Positions 38,567 through 47,794 of a DNA stretch of 64,000 bases are shown in pieces. Numbering within the stretch: position 1 is the stretch's first letter; each line of letters begins with the position of its first letter. The stretch is from Candidatus Aminicenantes bacterium. GTDB taxonomy: Bacteria; Acidobacteriota; Aminicenantia; Aminicenantales; Aminicenantaceae. The notes beneath the pieces were generated by a model. The model was not told the DNA's origin and did not search any database. It was given only the letters and a program-made list of their open reading frames with translations. The stretch spans positions 9,377 through 73,376 of the forward strand of contig JAUVXM010000005.1 of NCBI GenBank assembly GCA_030603565.1, given 5' to 3'. A program made the translations under genes and the position numbers.

Positions 38567-40273
38567 ATGTCAAATATTGGTTCTTATGAAAAAAGAGTAA
38601 AAAATTTTAATTGGTCGATATCTGAAAAAGAGCTCGGCTACAAAGAGGGAGATGATTTAAATATCGGCTGGTATTGTTCCGATAGGATCTGTCAAATGGG
38701 AAAAGCAAATAAACCGGCTTTGATCTGGGAAGGACTGGGAGGAAAGAAAAACAGTTATACTTTCAATGATGTCCGCCTGGCCACTAATACCATAAGTCTT
38801 TTCCTGAAAAAAATTGGAGTCAAGAATGAAGACAGGGTATGTCTTTTTCTTGATAAGATCCCTGAACTATATCTTGGCTTTATAGGTATATTAAAAATAG
38901 GAGCTATCGCTCAACCGCTTTTTTCTGCTTTTGGAGATGAATCACTTCATGTGCGGCTGGAAAACGCTGAAACAACGGTTATTATCACTCAGAGAAAACA
39001 TGTGGCCAAAGTCAGAAAGATCAAAGATAAAATTCCTAATTTGAAACATGTCATTATTGTGGATCATGACGGAAAAAAACCTTTGCGCGAGGGGGAGATG
39101 ATTTTTTCTCTAAAAGAGGAAACTCCAGTCGAGGAGCTTGAGATTTTTCCCACAAAAGCCGAATCTCCTTCTGTTTTGCACTATACTTCCGGCACCACCG
39201 GCCAGCCAAAAGGAGTAAAACATGTACATTATTCCCTCATCGGGCAATATTTGACTGCCAAATGGGTGCTGGACCTTAAGGATAATGATATCTATTGGTG
39301 CACAGCTGATCCGGGTTGGGTAACAGGAACTTCATATGGGATTATCGGACCCTGGAGCCTCGGGGTCACTCAATGTGTGCTGGACACGGGCTTTTCAGCA
39401 GAGGCTTGGTACAAATTTATTGAAAAACAGAAAGTTACGGTTTGGTATTCAGCCCCGACCGCGATCCGTTCTCTAATGAAAGCTGGAGATGAAGTGATCA
39501 AGAAGCATGACCTTTCTTCCCTGCGTCATCTGGCCAGTGTGGGGGAGCCCCTGAATTCTGAGGCGGTTATCTGGTCGAAGAAAGTCTTTGGAAAGCACTT
39601 CCTGGATACTTACTGGCAGACTGAGACCGGGGCTATCATGCTGACTAATTTTCCCGGTATGAAGGTAAAGCCCGGGTCAATGGGGAAACCTTTTCCCGGT
39701 ATAACGGCAGAAGTGCTTGATCCTAAGAGTTTTGAACCGGTTGAGGAACCGGGAAAGATCGGGCTGATCGCTTTTAAGCCCGGCTGGCCCTCTATGATGA
39801 GAACATACTGGAATAATGAGGATACTTATAAGGCAAAGTTTGCCAATGATTGGTACCTGTCCGGAGACCGGGCCAGCATTGATAAGGAGGGGTATTATTG
39901 GTTCGTAGGCAGGGATGATGATGTCATCAATACAGGAGGGCATTTAGTGAGCCCTTTTGAAGTAGAGTCTGCCCTGCTTGAGCATGAAGCTGTTGCCGAA
40001 TCCGCTGTTGTCGCTAAACCGGATGAAGTCAATATGGAAGTAGTAAAAGCATTTGTTGTTATAAAGCCGGGGTTCGAGCCTTCTGAAGAGCTGGAATTAA
40101 AGATTATGAATTTTATTCGCAAAAAACTTTCGCCCCTGGCTATGCCCCAGGAAACCGAGTATGTGGACTCTCTTCCTAAAACTCGGAGCGGAAAGATAAT
40201 GCGGAGGCTGCTGCATGCAAAAGAATGGGGAGAGGAGATCGGAGATACTTCAACCCTTGAAGATGAGGAGTGA
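38567..40273 (+). CDS. AMP-forming short-chain acyl/acetyl-CoA synthetase-like ligase (AcsA type)
   Basis: 568 aa. LHYTSGTTGQPKG, YWCTADPGWVTG, DTYWQTETG, LPKTRSGKIMRR motifs. 14 nt after acpS. Confidence 0.8.
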   Translation: MSNIGSYEKRVKNFNWSISEKELGYKEGDDLNIGWYCSDRICQMGKANKPALIWEGLGGKKNSYTFNDVRLATNTISLFLKKIGVKNEDRVCLFLDKIPELYLGFIGILKIGAIAQPLFSAFGDESLHVRLENAETTVIITQRKHVAKVRKIKDKIPNLKHVIIVDHDGKKPLREGEMIFSLKEETPVEELEIFPTKAESPSVLHYTSGTTGQPKGVKHVHYSLIGQYLTAKWVLDLKDNDIYWCTADPGWVTGTSYGIIGPWSLGVTQCVLDTGFSAEAWYKFIEKQKVTVWYSAPTAIRSLMKAGDEVIKKHDLSSLRHLASVGEPLNSEAVIWSKKVFGKHFLDTYWQTETGAIMLTNFPGMKVKPGSMGKPFPGITAEVLDPKSFEPVEEPGKIGLIAFKPGWPSMMRTYWNNEDTYKAKFANDWYLSGDRASIDKEGYYWFVGRDDDVINTGGHLVSPFEVESALLEHEAVAESAVVAKPDEVNMEVVKAFVVIKPGFEPSEELELKIMNFIRKKLSPLAMPQETEYVDSLPKTRSGKIMRRLLHAKEWGEEIGDTSTLEDEE

Positions 40274-40329
40274 TTAAGCATAAAATAGGACTGTCTTTTG
40301 GCTTTAAATTTATATATAAGGAGTGAGAA

Positions 40330-40578
40330 ATGGAAGATATAAAAAAAACCGTTTTAGAATATGTGATTGAAGAGTATCTTGAAGATGAGGATGAGGAGCT
40401 TACTTATGATACTCCGCTTATTTCAGGGGGTATAGTAGATTCTTTTTCAATGGTTTCTTTAAAAAGGTTTCTCGAAAGCAAATACAAGATCTCTATCCCG
40501 GATGAGAAAGCCACTCCGGAAGCATTTGATAGTGTTGACAAGATCACAGAACTTGTTAAGGAATTTGTGAAAGCTTAA
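40330..40578 (+). CDS. stand-alone acyl/peptidyl carrier protein-like
   Basis: 82-aa acidic protein. GGIVDSFSMVSL has the Asp-Ser phosphopantetheine-attachment context. AAGGAG RBS. Lies between the ligase and kbl. Confidence 0.6.
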   Translation: MEDIKKTVLEYVIEEYLEDEDEELTYDTPLISGGIVDSFSMVSLKRFLESKYKISIPDEKATPEAFDSVDKITELVKEFVKA

Positions 40579-40597
40579 TTTAAGCAGGAGCAATAAC

Positions 40598-41845
40598 ATG
40601 AGTTATAGTAATAAAATCAAAGGGATATACAAGGAACAATTAAAAGATATTGAGGATAAAGGAATATTCAAAGAGGAAAGGTTTATCCATTCTTCCCAGG
40701 CTGCTGATATTGAAGTTGAATTTCCAAAAGGTACTGAACTTAAAAAAGTCATCAATATGTGTTCGAATAATTATCTGGGACTCTCAAGTCATCCCGAGGT
40801 TATAAAGGCTGCTCACGAGGGATTGGACTCCCGTGGATACGGAATGTCTTCTGTACGTTTTATTTGCGGGACTCAGGATATACATCGTAAGCTGGAGCAG
40901 AAGGTCACAGAATTCCTGGGAACAGAGGACACTATACTTTTCCCTTCCTGTATGGATGCAAATACCGGAGTTTTTGAAGCTATTTTGACCGATGAAGACG
41001 TGATGATATCCGACCGCTTGGTTCATGCTTCGATCATTGATGGGATCAGGCTCTGCAGTGCTCAACATGATACATTTAAGCACTCTAATATGGGGCACCT
41101 GGAGAAAAAACTGCAGTTACATGCAGATAAAAGATTAAAACTTGTTATTACAGATGGAGTTTTCTCTATGGATGGAGATACGGCTAAACTGGATGAGATG
41201 GCTGGTCTCTGTGAAAAATATGATGCGATGCTCTTTGTGGATGATTCCCATTCCAGCGGTTTCATTGGCGAAACCGGACGAGGCACTCATGAGAAATACG
41301 GAGTGTTGGGTAAAATAGATATCATCACTACTACTTTTGGCAAGGCCTTAGGCGGGGCTTCCGGTGGTTGTGTTTCCGGGAGAAAGGAGATAGTTGAGAT
41401 GTGTAGGCAGAAAGCCCGTCCTTATCTTTTCTCTAATACGATTGCTCCGGTGGTAGTATCAGGAGTTTTAAAAGTCCTTGACATTCTTTCTCAAAGTACA
41501 GAGCGCCGGGATAAGCTCGAGAAGAATGCTGAATACTGGAGGAAGGGCTTAACTGAGGCAGGTTTTGTGCTCAAGGAAGGGGATACTCCCATTGTCCCGG
41601 TTATGCTTTTTAATGCCGGGCTTGCTCAGAATATTTCCCGGGACCTTTATGAGGAAGGTGTTTATGCGATTGGATTTTTCTTTCCAGTGGTTCCTAATGG
41701 AAAGGCACGCATCCGGACTCAGATTTCGGCTGGACATGAGATCGAACACCTGGATAAAGCTCTGGAAGCTTTTATTAAAGTAGGGAAGAAATATGATGTT
41801 CTCGGTAAAAGCAAGCAGGAGATCATTGCTCAATACGGGATTTGA
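40598..41845 (+). CDS. kbl: 2-amino-3-ketobutyrate CoA ligase (glycine C-acetyltransferase), alpha-oxoamine synthase family
   Basis: 415 aa. NNYLGLSSHP, SVRFICGTQD, DGVFSMDGD, DDSHSSGF, TFGKALGG (PLP Lys). Closely parallels E. coli Kbl as I remember it. Confidence 0.85.
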   Translation: MSYSNKIKGIYKEQLKDIEDKGIFKEERFIHSSQAADIEVEFPKGTELKKVINMCSNNYLGLSSHPEVIKAAHEGLDSRGYGMSSVRFICGTQDIHRKLEQKVTEFLGTEDTILFPSCMDANTGVFEAILTDEDVMISDRLVHASIIDGIRLCSAQHDTFKHSNMGHLEKKLQLHADKRLKLVITDGVFSMDGDTAKLDEMAGLCEKYDAMLFVDDSHSSGFIGETGRGTHEKYGVLGKIDIITTTFGKALGGASGGCVSGRKEIVEMCRQKARPYLFSNTIAPVVVSGVLKVLDILSQSTERRDKLEKNAEYWRKGLTEAGFVLKEGDTPIVPVMLFNAGLAQNISRDLYEEGVYAIGFFFPVVPNGKARIRTQISAGHEIEHLDKALEAFIKVGKKYDVLGKSKQEIIAQYGI

Positions 41846-41981
41846 AGAAAATTTGACGCGGAGGATACGGATAAGACTAAAGAGAATAGAAAATGGAAAA
41901 AGCTGTGGGATGTAAATCATTAAATGAAGACTCAGTTAATTATAATCCTTTCATGATAAATTATATTCAAAAGGCACTAAA

Positions 41982-42965
41982 ATGACAGAAGCGCAAACAA
42001 AGATCCTGGTAACCGGAGCAGCCGGTCAGATCGGCTCGGAATTGACTCCCATTCTGAGAAAAAAATTCGGACCTGAGAATGTCCTGGCAACTGATATTAA
42101 GGCTGACATTCCTCCAGTTTTAAATGATTCCGGCCCCTACAAAAAATTGGATGTGACCAATCCCGCTCACTTGAAAGAAATCATAAAAAAATATCAAATC
42201 AATACTATTTATCATATGTCTGCAATTTTATCAGCAACAGGAGAAAAAAACCCCCAGCTTGCCTGGAATGTCAATATAAGCGGCACCTATAATATTTTAG
42301 AAGTTTCCAGAGAGCTCAATGTCAAAAAAATCTTTGTTCCCAGTTCTATTGCAGTTTTCGGGCCGGAAACACCAAAAGAACTTACTCCTCAAGAGACAGT
42401 ATTAAAACCCAAAACCATGTACGGCCTTACAAAAGTCGCAGGAGAGCTCCTCTGTGATTATTATGTCCAGCACTATAACCTTGATATACGAGGCTGTCGC
42501 TATCCCGGCATCATAAGTTATGAAACCCTCCCGGGAGGAGGAACAACAGATTATGCAGTTGCGATTTTCTATGCCGCAGTCAAATATAAAAAATATACCT
42601 GTTTTGTCAATAAAAACACAAGGCTTCCCATGATGTATATGCCAGATTGTCTAAAAGCGACTATAGATATTATGGAAGCCGACTTTTCCCGGCTTGAACA
42701 TCATTCTGATTTTAACATCGCAGGCATGAGCTTTAAGGTAGAAGAGCTTGCAGCTGAGATCAAAAAACACATACCGGAGTTTACTATTGATTATAAGCCG
42801 GATTACCGTCAGAAAATTGCTGATTCTTGGCCTAAATCCGTGAATGACGCTGCCGCACGTAAAGAATGGAATTGGAAACCCACCTATGATTTAACCTTGA
42901 TGACAAAAGACATGCTCGCCGTGTTGCAAAAACGCCATACAGCCGGAAAATTAAATTATTCATAA
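41982..42965 (+). CDS. tdh: L-threonine 3-dehydrogenase, SDR/epimerase type
   Basis: 327 aa. ILVTGAAGQIGSEL, YGLTK (YxxxK), PGGGTTDYAV, RLPMMYMPDC. This is the motif set of short-chain TDHs, and the gene is adjacent to kbl. Confidence 0.8.
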   Translation: MTEAQTKILVTGAAGQIGSELTPILRKKFGPENVLATDIKADIPPVLNDSGPYKKLDVTNPAHLKEIIKKYQINTIYHMSAILSATGEKNPQLAWNVNISGTYNILEVSRELNVKKIFVPSSIAVFGPETPKELTPQETVLKPKTMYGLTKVAGELLCDYYVQHYNLDIRGCRYPGIISYETLPGGGTTDYAVAIFYAAVKYKKYTCFVNKNTRLPMMYMPDCLKATIDIMEADFSRLEHHSDFNIAGMSFKVEELAAEIKKHIPEFTIDYKPDYRQKIADSWPKSVNDAAARKEWNWKPTYDLTLMTKDMLAVLQKRHTAGKLNYS

Positions 42966-43081
42966 GAAATGTTGATTATATATAGAGATTATATTGTGAA
43001 CGAAATGGCAAATAGGATTTATGTATCCATCAATGTAGAATACTTATTTATAAACAGGTACAATACATATCGACATTTCTT

Positions 43082-43804
43082 ATGAATACCTCAGATCAGG
43101 TTGCCTTAGTGACTGGCAGCACCCGGGGAATCGGTCGGGATATTGCTCTAAGTCTGGCAGATACAGTAAGTGGGGTAGCGGTTCATTTTAATAAAAATTC
43201 TAAAGCTGCAGAAGAAGTTGTTGCTGAGATAAAAAAGAAAGGGAAAAAAAGCAAAGCTTTCAAGGCGGACCTTACATGTGAGAAAGAAGCCGTAAACCTA
43301 ATTGAAGATGTGGAAAAATATTTTGGGAAAATCGATATATTAGTGAATAATTTCGGTCCTATCCTTGTCAAACCCTGGGAAAAAGTAACCTCAGAAGAAT
43401 GGAAGGAGGTTTTTCAGGGAAACCTTTTAAGTGCTTTGTTTTGCTTAAAATCAGCTCTTCCCGGTATGAGAAAAAGAGGCTGGGGAAGGATTATAAATCT
43501 TGGTTACAGCCGGGTGGAACAGCTTACAGCATTTCCTACCATTGCTCCTTATGCTGTTGCCAAAGCCGGTCTTTTGATCTTAACCCGCACTATTGCAGCA
43601 GCCGAAGCTTCTTCAGGGATCACAGTCAATATGGTTTCTCCGGGATTGGTTGAGGGCGGAGTCCTTCCTAAACATAATAATGTTCCCTCCGGCCGGTTGG
43701 GGAAATTCACAGATATATCTCAAGCAGTTGTCTTTCTCTCATCTTTAGAGGCCGGATATATAACCGGGAATAACCTGGTGGTGGCAGGCGGCTGGAAGCT
43801 TTAA
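43082..43804 (+). CDS. short-chain dehydrogenase/reductase (FabG-like)
   Basis: 240 aa. TGSTRGIGRDIA, NNFG, YAVAKAG (YxxxK). The ATG lies inside a dispersed repeat module. Confidence 0.85.
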   Translation: MNTSDQVALVTGSTRGIGRDIALSLADTVSGVAVHFNKNSKAAEEVVAEIKKKGKKSKAFKADLTCEKEAVNLIEDVEKYFGKIDILVNNFGPILVKPWEKVTSEEWKEVFQGNLLSALFCLKSALPGMRKRGWGRIINLGYSRVEQLTAFPTIAPYAVAKAGLLILTRTIAAAEASSGITVNMVSPGLVEGGVLPKHNNVPSGRLGKFTDISQAVVFLSSLEAGYITGNNLVVAGGWKL

Positions 43805-43887
43805 AAGGAAGAAAGGGTCTTTACTCAGCGTCCTAATAGTGATACTTTTAATGCTTATAAATTCATATCTAAATACAAGGAGGCCTT

Positions 43888-46266
43888 ATGAATCGCAAGT
43901 CTATCTTAAGAACAGCCATTATAATAATGGTGGGTGTTTTTTTGGTCGCATCTTTTAATGCACCGCTGCAGGCCAAAAAAACGAAAAAAAAGGAGATCAT
44001 CAAGAACACAGATTCCCAGCTTCGTCTTGATTGGTTTGCCGCGCATCAGGAGCTGACGAAAAATTCACCTTTCAAAAATCAGAAATGGTCGCATATCGGT
44101 CCGACCAATGTCAGCGGCCGCTGTACAGACATCGCTGCCGTGAGACCCAAGGGAGAGAATTATACGATCTATGTAGCCACAGCGTCGGGGGGTGTCTGGA
44201 AAACCGTGAATGAGGGGACGACTTGGGAACCTATTTTTGAACATGAAGCCACGGCTTCGATCGGAGATATCGCGCTGGCTCCCTCCAACCAGGACATCAT
44301 CTGGGTCGGATCAGGTGAGGCCAATATCTTCCGCAGTTCCCAGAACGGCGCCGGCATCTACAAATCGATAGACGCCGGGAAGACCTGGCAGCACATGGGG
44401 CTGGCCGGCACTTTAACGATCGGGCGGATTGTTGTTCACCCGACCAATCCCGACATCGTTTATGTCGCTGCGGGCGGTCATGAATGGACTGACAACAAAG
44501 AGCGGGGATTGTTCAAAACCACGGACGGCGGTAAAACATGGGTCAATATCCTTTATATTGACGTAAAAACCGGTGCTTTCGACCTGGCCATGGATCCGGA
44601 CGATACCGAAACCCTGTACGCAACAGCCTGGTCACGGATTCGTCCTAAATGGAATGATCCCCGGGTTATGCCCGGTTACATGCAAAGCGGCGTCTATAAA
44701 ACCACGGACGGCGGCGCCAGCTGGAAGCCGATCAATAATGGACTGCCCGAGGCCAAGTTTCGTGGTCGGATCGGGCTCGATATCTGCCTGTCTCAACCCA
44801 ATGTGCTTTATGCCTTAGTCGATAATTATGAAGTTGCGCGAGAGCTCACAGCAGAGGAAAAGGCGGATTCCTATACCCGGAACCTGAAGGCCATTATAAA
44901 AGGGGCGACCGTCTACCGGTCGAATGACAAGGGTGAAAGCTGGACTCAGGTCAGCGGTTTGTCTGAAAAACTGCTGCAATACACGATGCGCCATTCCGGT
45001 ACCTTCGGCTGGGTATTCGGCCAGATCCGGGTCGATCCTAATGACCCGGAAACAGTCTATATCATGGGCGTTCCTCTCAGCGTTTCCAATGACGGCGGCA
45101 AAACCTATAAGCGGCTGAGCGGCATGCATGGTGACCATCACGGCATGTGGATCGATCCTGATAATTCCAATTACATCATTAATGTAAATGACGGTGGAAT
45201 CGTCATATCCTATGATAAAGGAAAAACCTGGCGGCAGTTCTTGAACAACTTACCTGTTTGTCAGTTTTTTAATGTCTCCTTTGACCTGGACACTCCCTTC
45301 CGTGTCTATGGTTCCATGCAGGATCACGGTAGTTTTAGGGGTGTTATAACCAGAAGAGGCAGTGGCTTCGCTGCTGTCGAATGGGAAAGAGCCCCAGGTG
45401 GGGAAGGCTCCACTCATGCCATTGATCCCCGGAATCCCGAGCTCGTCTATTCCGCCGGATTTTACGGCCACATCACACGTGCCGATCTCAGCAAGCTGAG
45501 CCAGGAACAGTCAAAGAATATATTTCCTCCTGAGGAAAAAGGCTTGGAGTATCTTCGCGGCCAATGGCTGGCGCCTATTATTCTCTCTCCCAATCATCCG
45601 GATACCGTATATCTCGGACTCCAGTATCTCTACCGCTCCCGGTTCCAGGGAGATGTCTGGGAACGGATCAGCCCTAATATGAGCTATAACATAAAAGAGG
45701 AATTGGGCGATATTCCCTATCAAACCATATTCACTGTCTCCGAATCTCCCCAAAACGGCAACCTCATCTACTGCGGCACAGACGATGGCAAGGTCCATAT
45801 CACCAAGGATGGTGGCAAATCATGGAAGGAAATCATGAAAGGCCTGCCCTTTCGCAAATGGGTCAGTCGGATTGCTGCTTCCCGTTATGCTCAGAGCACA
45901 GTGTACATGACCCAAAACGGCAAACGGGATGATGATTTTGCCCCTTATATCTGGAAATCAACCGATTTTGGTGAAACCTGGCAAAGTATTGCCGGCAATA
46001 TCAAACTCGGACCGGTTAATGTCATTGTTGAGGATCCGATCGACCGGAATATTTTGTATGTCGGAACCGATGTCGGGGTTTATGTTACCAAAGACGGCGG
46101 CAAGAAATGGGATGTGCTGGGCGGTAACCTGCCCACGGCCTATGTTCAGGATCTGGTCATCCATCCAAAGGAAAATGTCATTGTCATTGCCACTCACGGC
46201 CGCGGCATGTGGGCTTTGGATGCCAAAGCAGTCAATGGAGGACCCCGCGTCCGCAGACGATACTAG
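43888..46266 (+). CDS. secreted BNR/Asp-box repeat protein (sortilin/VPS10- or GH74-like beta-propellers)
   Basis: 792 aa. Signal peptide. About ten Asp-box-like motifs (TNEGTTWEP, SIDAGKTWQH, TTDGGKTWVN, TTDGGASWKP, SNDKGESWTQ, SYDKGKTWRQ, TKDGGKSWKE, STDFGETWQS, TKDGGKKWDV). GC clearly above the surroundings. Confidence 0.75.
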   Translation: MNRKSILRTAIIIMVGVFLVASFNAPLQAKKTKKKEIIKNTDSQLRLDWFAAHQELTKNSPFKNQKWSHIGPTNVSGRCTDIAAVRPKGENYTIYVATASGGVWKTVNEGTTWEPIFEHEATASIGDIALAPSNQDIIWVGSGEANIFRSSQNGAGIYKSIDAGKTWQHMGLAGTLTIGRIVVHPTNPDIVYVAAGGHEWTDNKERGLFKTTDGGKTWVNILYIDVKTGAFDLAMDPDDTETLYATAWSRIRPKWNDPRVMPGYMQSGVYKTTDGGASWKPINNGLPEAKFRGRIGLDICLSQPNVLYALVDNYEVARELTAEEKADSYTRNLKAIIKGATVYRSNDKGESWTQVSGLSEKLLQYTMRHSGTFGWVFGQIRVDPNDPETVYIMGVPLSVSNDGGKTYKRLSGMHGDHHGMWIDPDNSNYIINVNDGGIVISYDKGKTWRQFLNNLPVCQFFNVSFDLDTPFRVYGSMQDHGSFRGVITRRGSGFAAVEWERAPGGEGSTHAIDPRNPELVYSAGFYGHITRADLSKLSQEQSKNIFPPEEKGLEYLRGQWLAPIILSPNHPDTVYLGLQYLYRSRFQGDVWERISPNMSYNIKEELGDIPYQTIFTVSESPQNGNLIYCGTDDGKVHITKDGGKSWKEIMKGLPFRKWVSRIAASRYAQSTVYMTQNGKRDDDFAPYIWKSTDFGETWQSIAGNIKLGPVNVIVEDPIDRNILYVGTDVGVYVTKDGGKKWDVLGGNLPTAYVQDLVIHPKENVIVIATHGRGMWALDAKAVNGGPRVRRRY

Positions 46267-46314
46267 CCTATTAGAGGGACTTCATCCTTAATTATTCTGC
46301 AATCCTCATATCCG

Positions 46315-46355
46315 CTTGGGGACAGTCGCTTTAAAGAAAAGCGACTGTCCCCAAG
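46315..46355 (+). other. perfect 17-bp stem-loop between the BNR gene and the ACT-like gene
   Basis: CTTGGGGACAGTCGCTT (46315-46331), loop TAAAGAA, AAGCGACTGTCCCCAAG (46339-46355). No T-tract follows on either strand. Confidence 0.6.
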
Positions 46356-46375
46356 GCTAGGGGGCAACTCCAATT

Positions 46376-46765
46376 ATGAAAAACTCAAAATTGCAACTTT
46401 CAATATTGCCAGATAAGCTAGCCGTTTGTCGTCTGGATAAGAATGCTCAGATTCCTTCTTGGGCGATAAAGAGCGAATTTTCTTCAATCACGAGAACAGT
46501 CGATGAACTTTCGATTGTTTGCATTGAAAATTATATTCCCTCTAATATCAAAGCAGAAAAGGGATGGAGAGCTTTTAAGATTGAAGGTCCATTAGATTTT
46601 TCTCTTACAGGGATTCTTGTTTCGTTGGCGAATCCATTAGCGCGAGCTAGAATTAGTATATTTGCAATATCAACTTACGATACCGATTATATTCTAGTAA
46701 AAGAAAAGGATATTAAAAAAGCAGCAGAGGTTTTAAGTGTATTTTGTAAAATTAAGAGTAAATGA
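46376..46765 (+). CDS. small ACT-domain-like protein
   Basis: 129 aa. LSILPDKLAVCRL ... ISIFAISTYDTDYILV pattern resembles ACT_7-type proteins. Tentative. Confidence 0.5.
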   Translation: MKNSKLQLSILPDKLAVCRLDKNAQIPSWAIKSEFSSITRTVDELSIVCIENYIPSNIKAEKGWRAFKIEGPLDFSLTGILVSLANPLARARISIFAISTYDTDYILVKEKDIKKAAEVLSVFCKIKSK

Positions 46766-46809
46766 ATTTATGAAAAAAACTAATTTTTCTTATTTTAGTG
46801 TTTTTCTTT

Positions 46810-46992
46810 GCAGCAGCCGAAGCTTCTTCAGGGATCACAATCAATATGGTTTCTCCGGGATTGGTTGAGGGCGGAGTCCTTCCCAAAAACAATGATGTTC
46901 CCTCCGGCCGGTTGGGGAAATTTAAAGACGTATCTCAAGCAGTTGTTTTTCTTTCATCTTTAGAGGCCGGATATATTACCGGAAATAACCTG
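46810..46992 (+). pseudogene. internal fragment (about 61 codons) of an SDR paralogous to 43082..43804
   Basis: 183 bp aligns without gaps to 43595-43777 with 13 substitutions. No start, and the 3' end diverges after AACCTG. Overlapped antisense by the tail of ORF 46935..47771. Confidence 0.85.
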
Positions 46993-47771
46993 CTCTGTCC
47001 GTAAAGGTTACTAATAATGGCACTTAGGTCATAGAATTGATGGGGTTGATTCCCAGACTTGGTGGGGTGGTAGGGAGTTATTACATTATCTTTAGGGGTG
47101 AACTTGGATTTTTTTGCAAAACTGCTACTCAGCCCAAGGGGTATCAATATTTCCTCCCTTAGATTCTCTTCCCAGGTTTTATTGGTTATCTTTTCAATTA
47201 ATTTTCCCAGTACAATATAGGCGACATTGTTATAATCGTAAAGACTACGAATATCATATTTTGGTTTTACGTGGGAGAGGGCTTTTATTATTTCTTCTCT
47301 GTTTTTGGTAAAGTCCATCCAGAATTTATCGGTTTCCTCGCCTGAAATGCCGGATCTGTGGGATAAAAGATCCTCAATGGTCAGGTGATGGGTATAATAC
47401 TCATCATCAACCTTGAATTCCGGAAAATGAGTAATAATCTTGTCATTCCATTTAATTTTACCCTTATCCACCAATATTCCAAGCAGAGCAGAAGTAAAGG
47501 TCTTAGTATTGGATCCGATTCCAAAGAGGGTAGTTGAGTCAAAAGGTTCTTTATTTTTGACATTTTTATATCCAAAACCCTTCTGTAAAATTATCTCATC
47601 TCCCCTTACAATCCCGACTGCCAATCCTGGGATTTGGTTTTTCTCCATCAGGTTAGTGATATGTTGTTCCAATGCGTGCAGGTTAATCCGGTCATCGGAT
47701 TTATGAGTTGACAGTAAGAGACACTGACAAAGCAATATCCCTGACAAACAAAGGATTAATTTTCTATTCAT
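46935..47771 (-). pseudogene. 3'-truncated serine hydrolase / class C beta-lactamase-family gene
   Basis: Signal peptide, SNTK (SxxK) and YNN (YxN) boxes are present. The third box (KTG/HxG) and about the last third are absent. The final ~20 codons are antisense translation of the SDR relic. Confidence 0.6.
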
Positions 47772-47794
47772 GATGATACCTCCAAGATATTTTC

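Noticed and set aside
38567-42965. Bacterial ceramide/sphingolipid cluster (acyl-ACP synthetase, ACP, serine palmitoyltransferase, epimerase-type reductase).
   Set aside because: The AOS carries Kbl-specific motifs and, from memory, is very close to E. coli Kbl. The reductase matches SDR-type threonine dehydrogenases. The ligase looks like an AcsA-type short-chain synthetase. No bCerS-like acyltransferase is present. Only the orphan carrier protein remains odd, and that is kept as a low-key finding.
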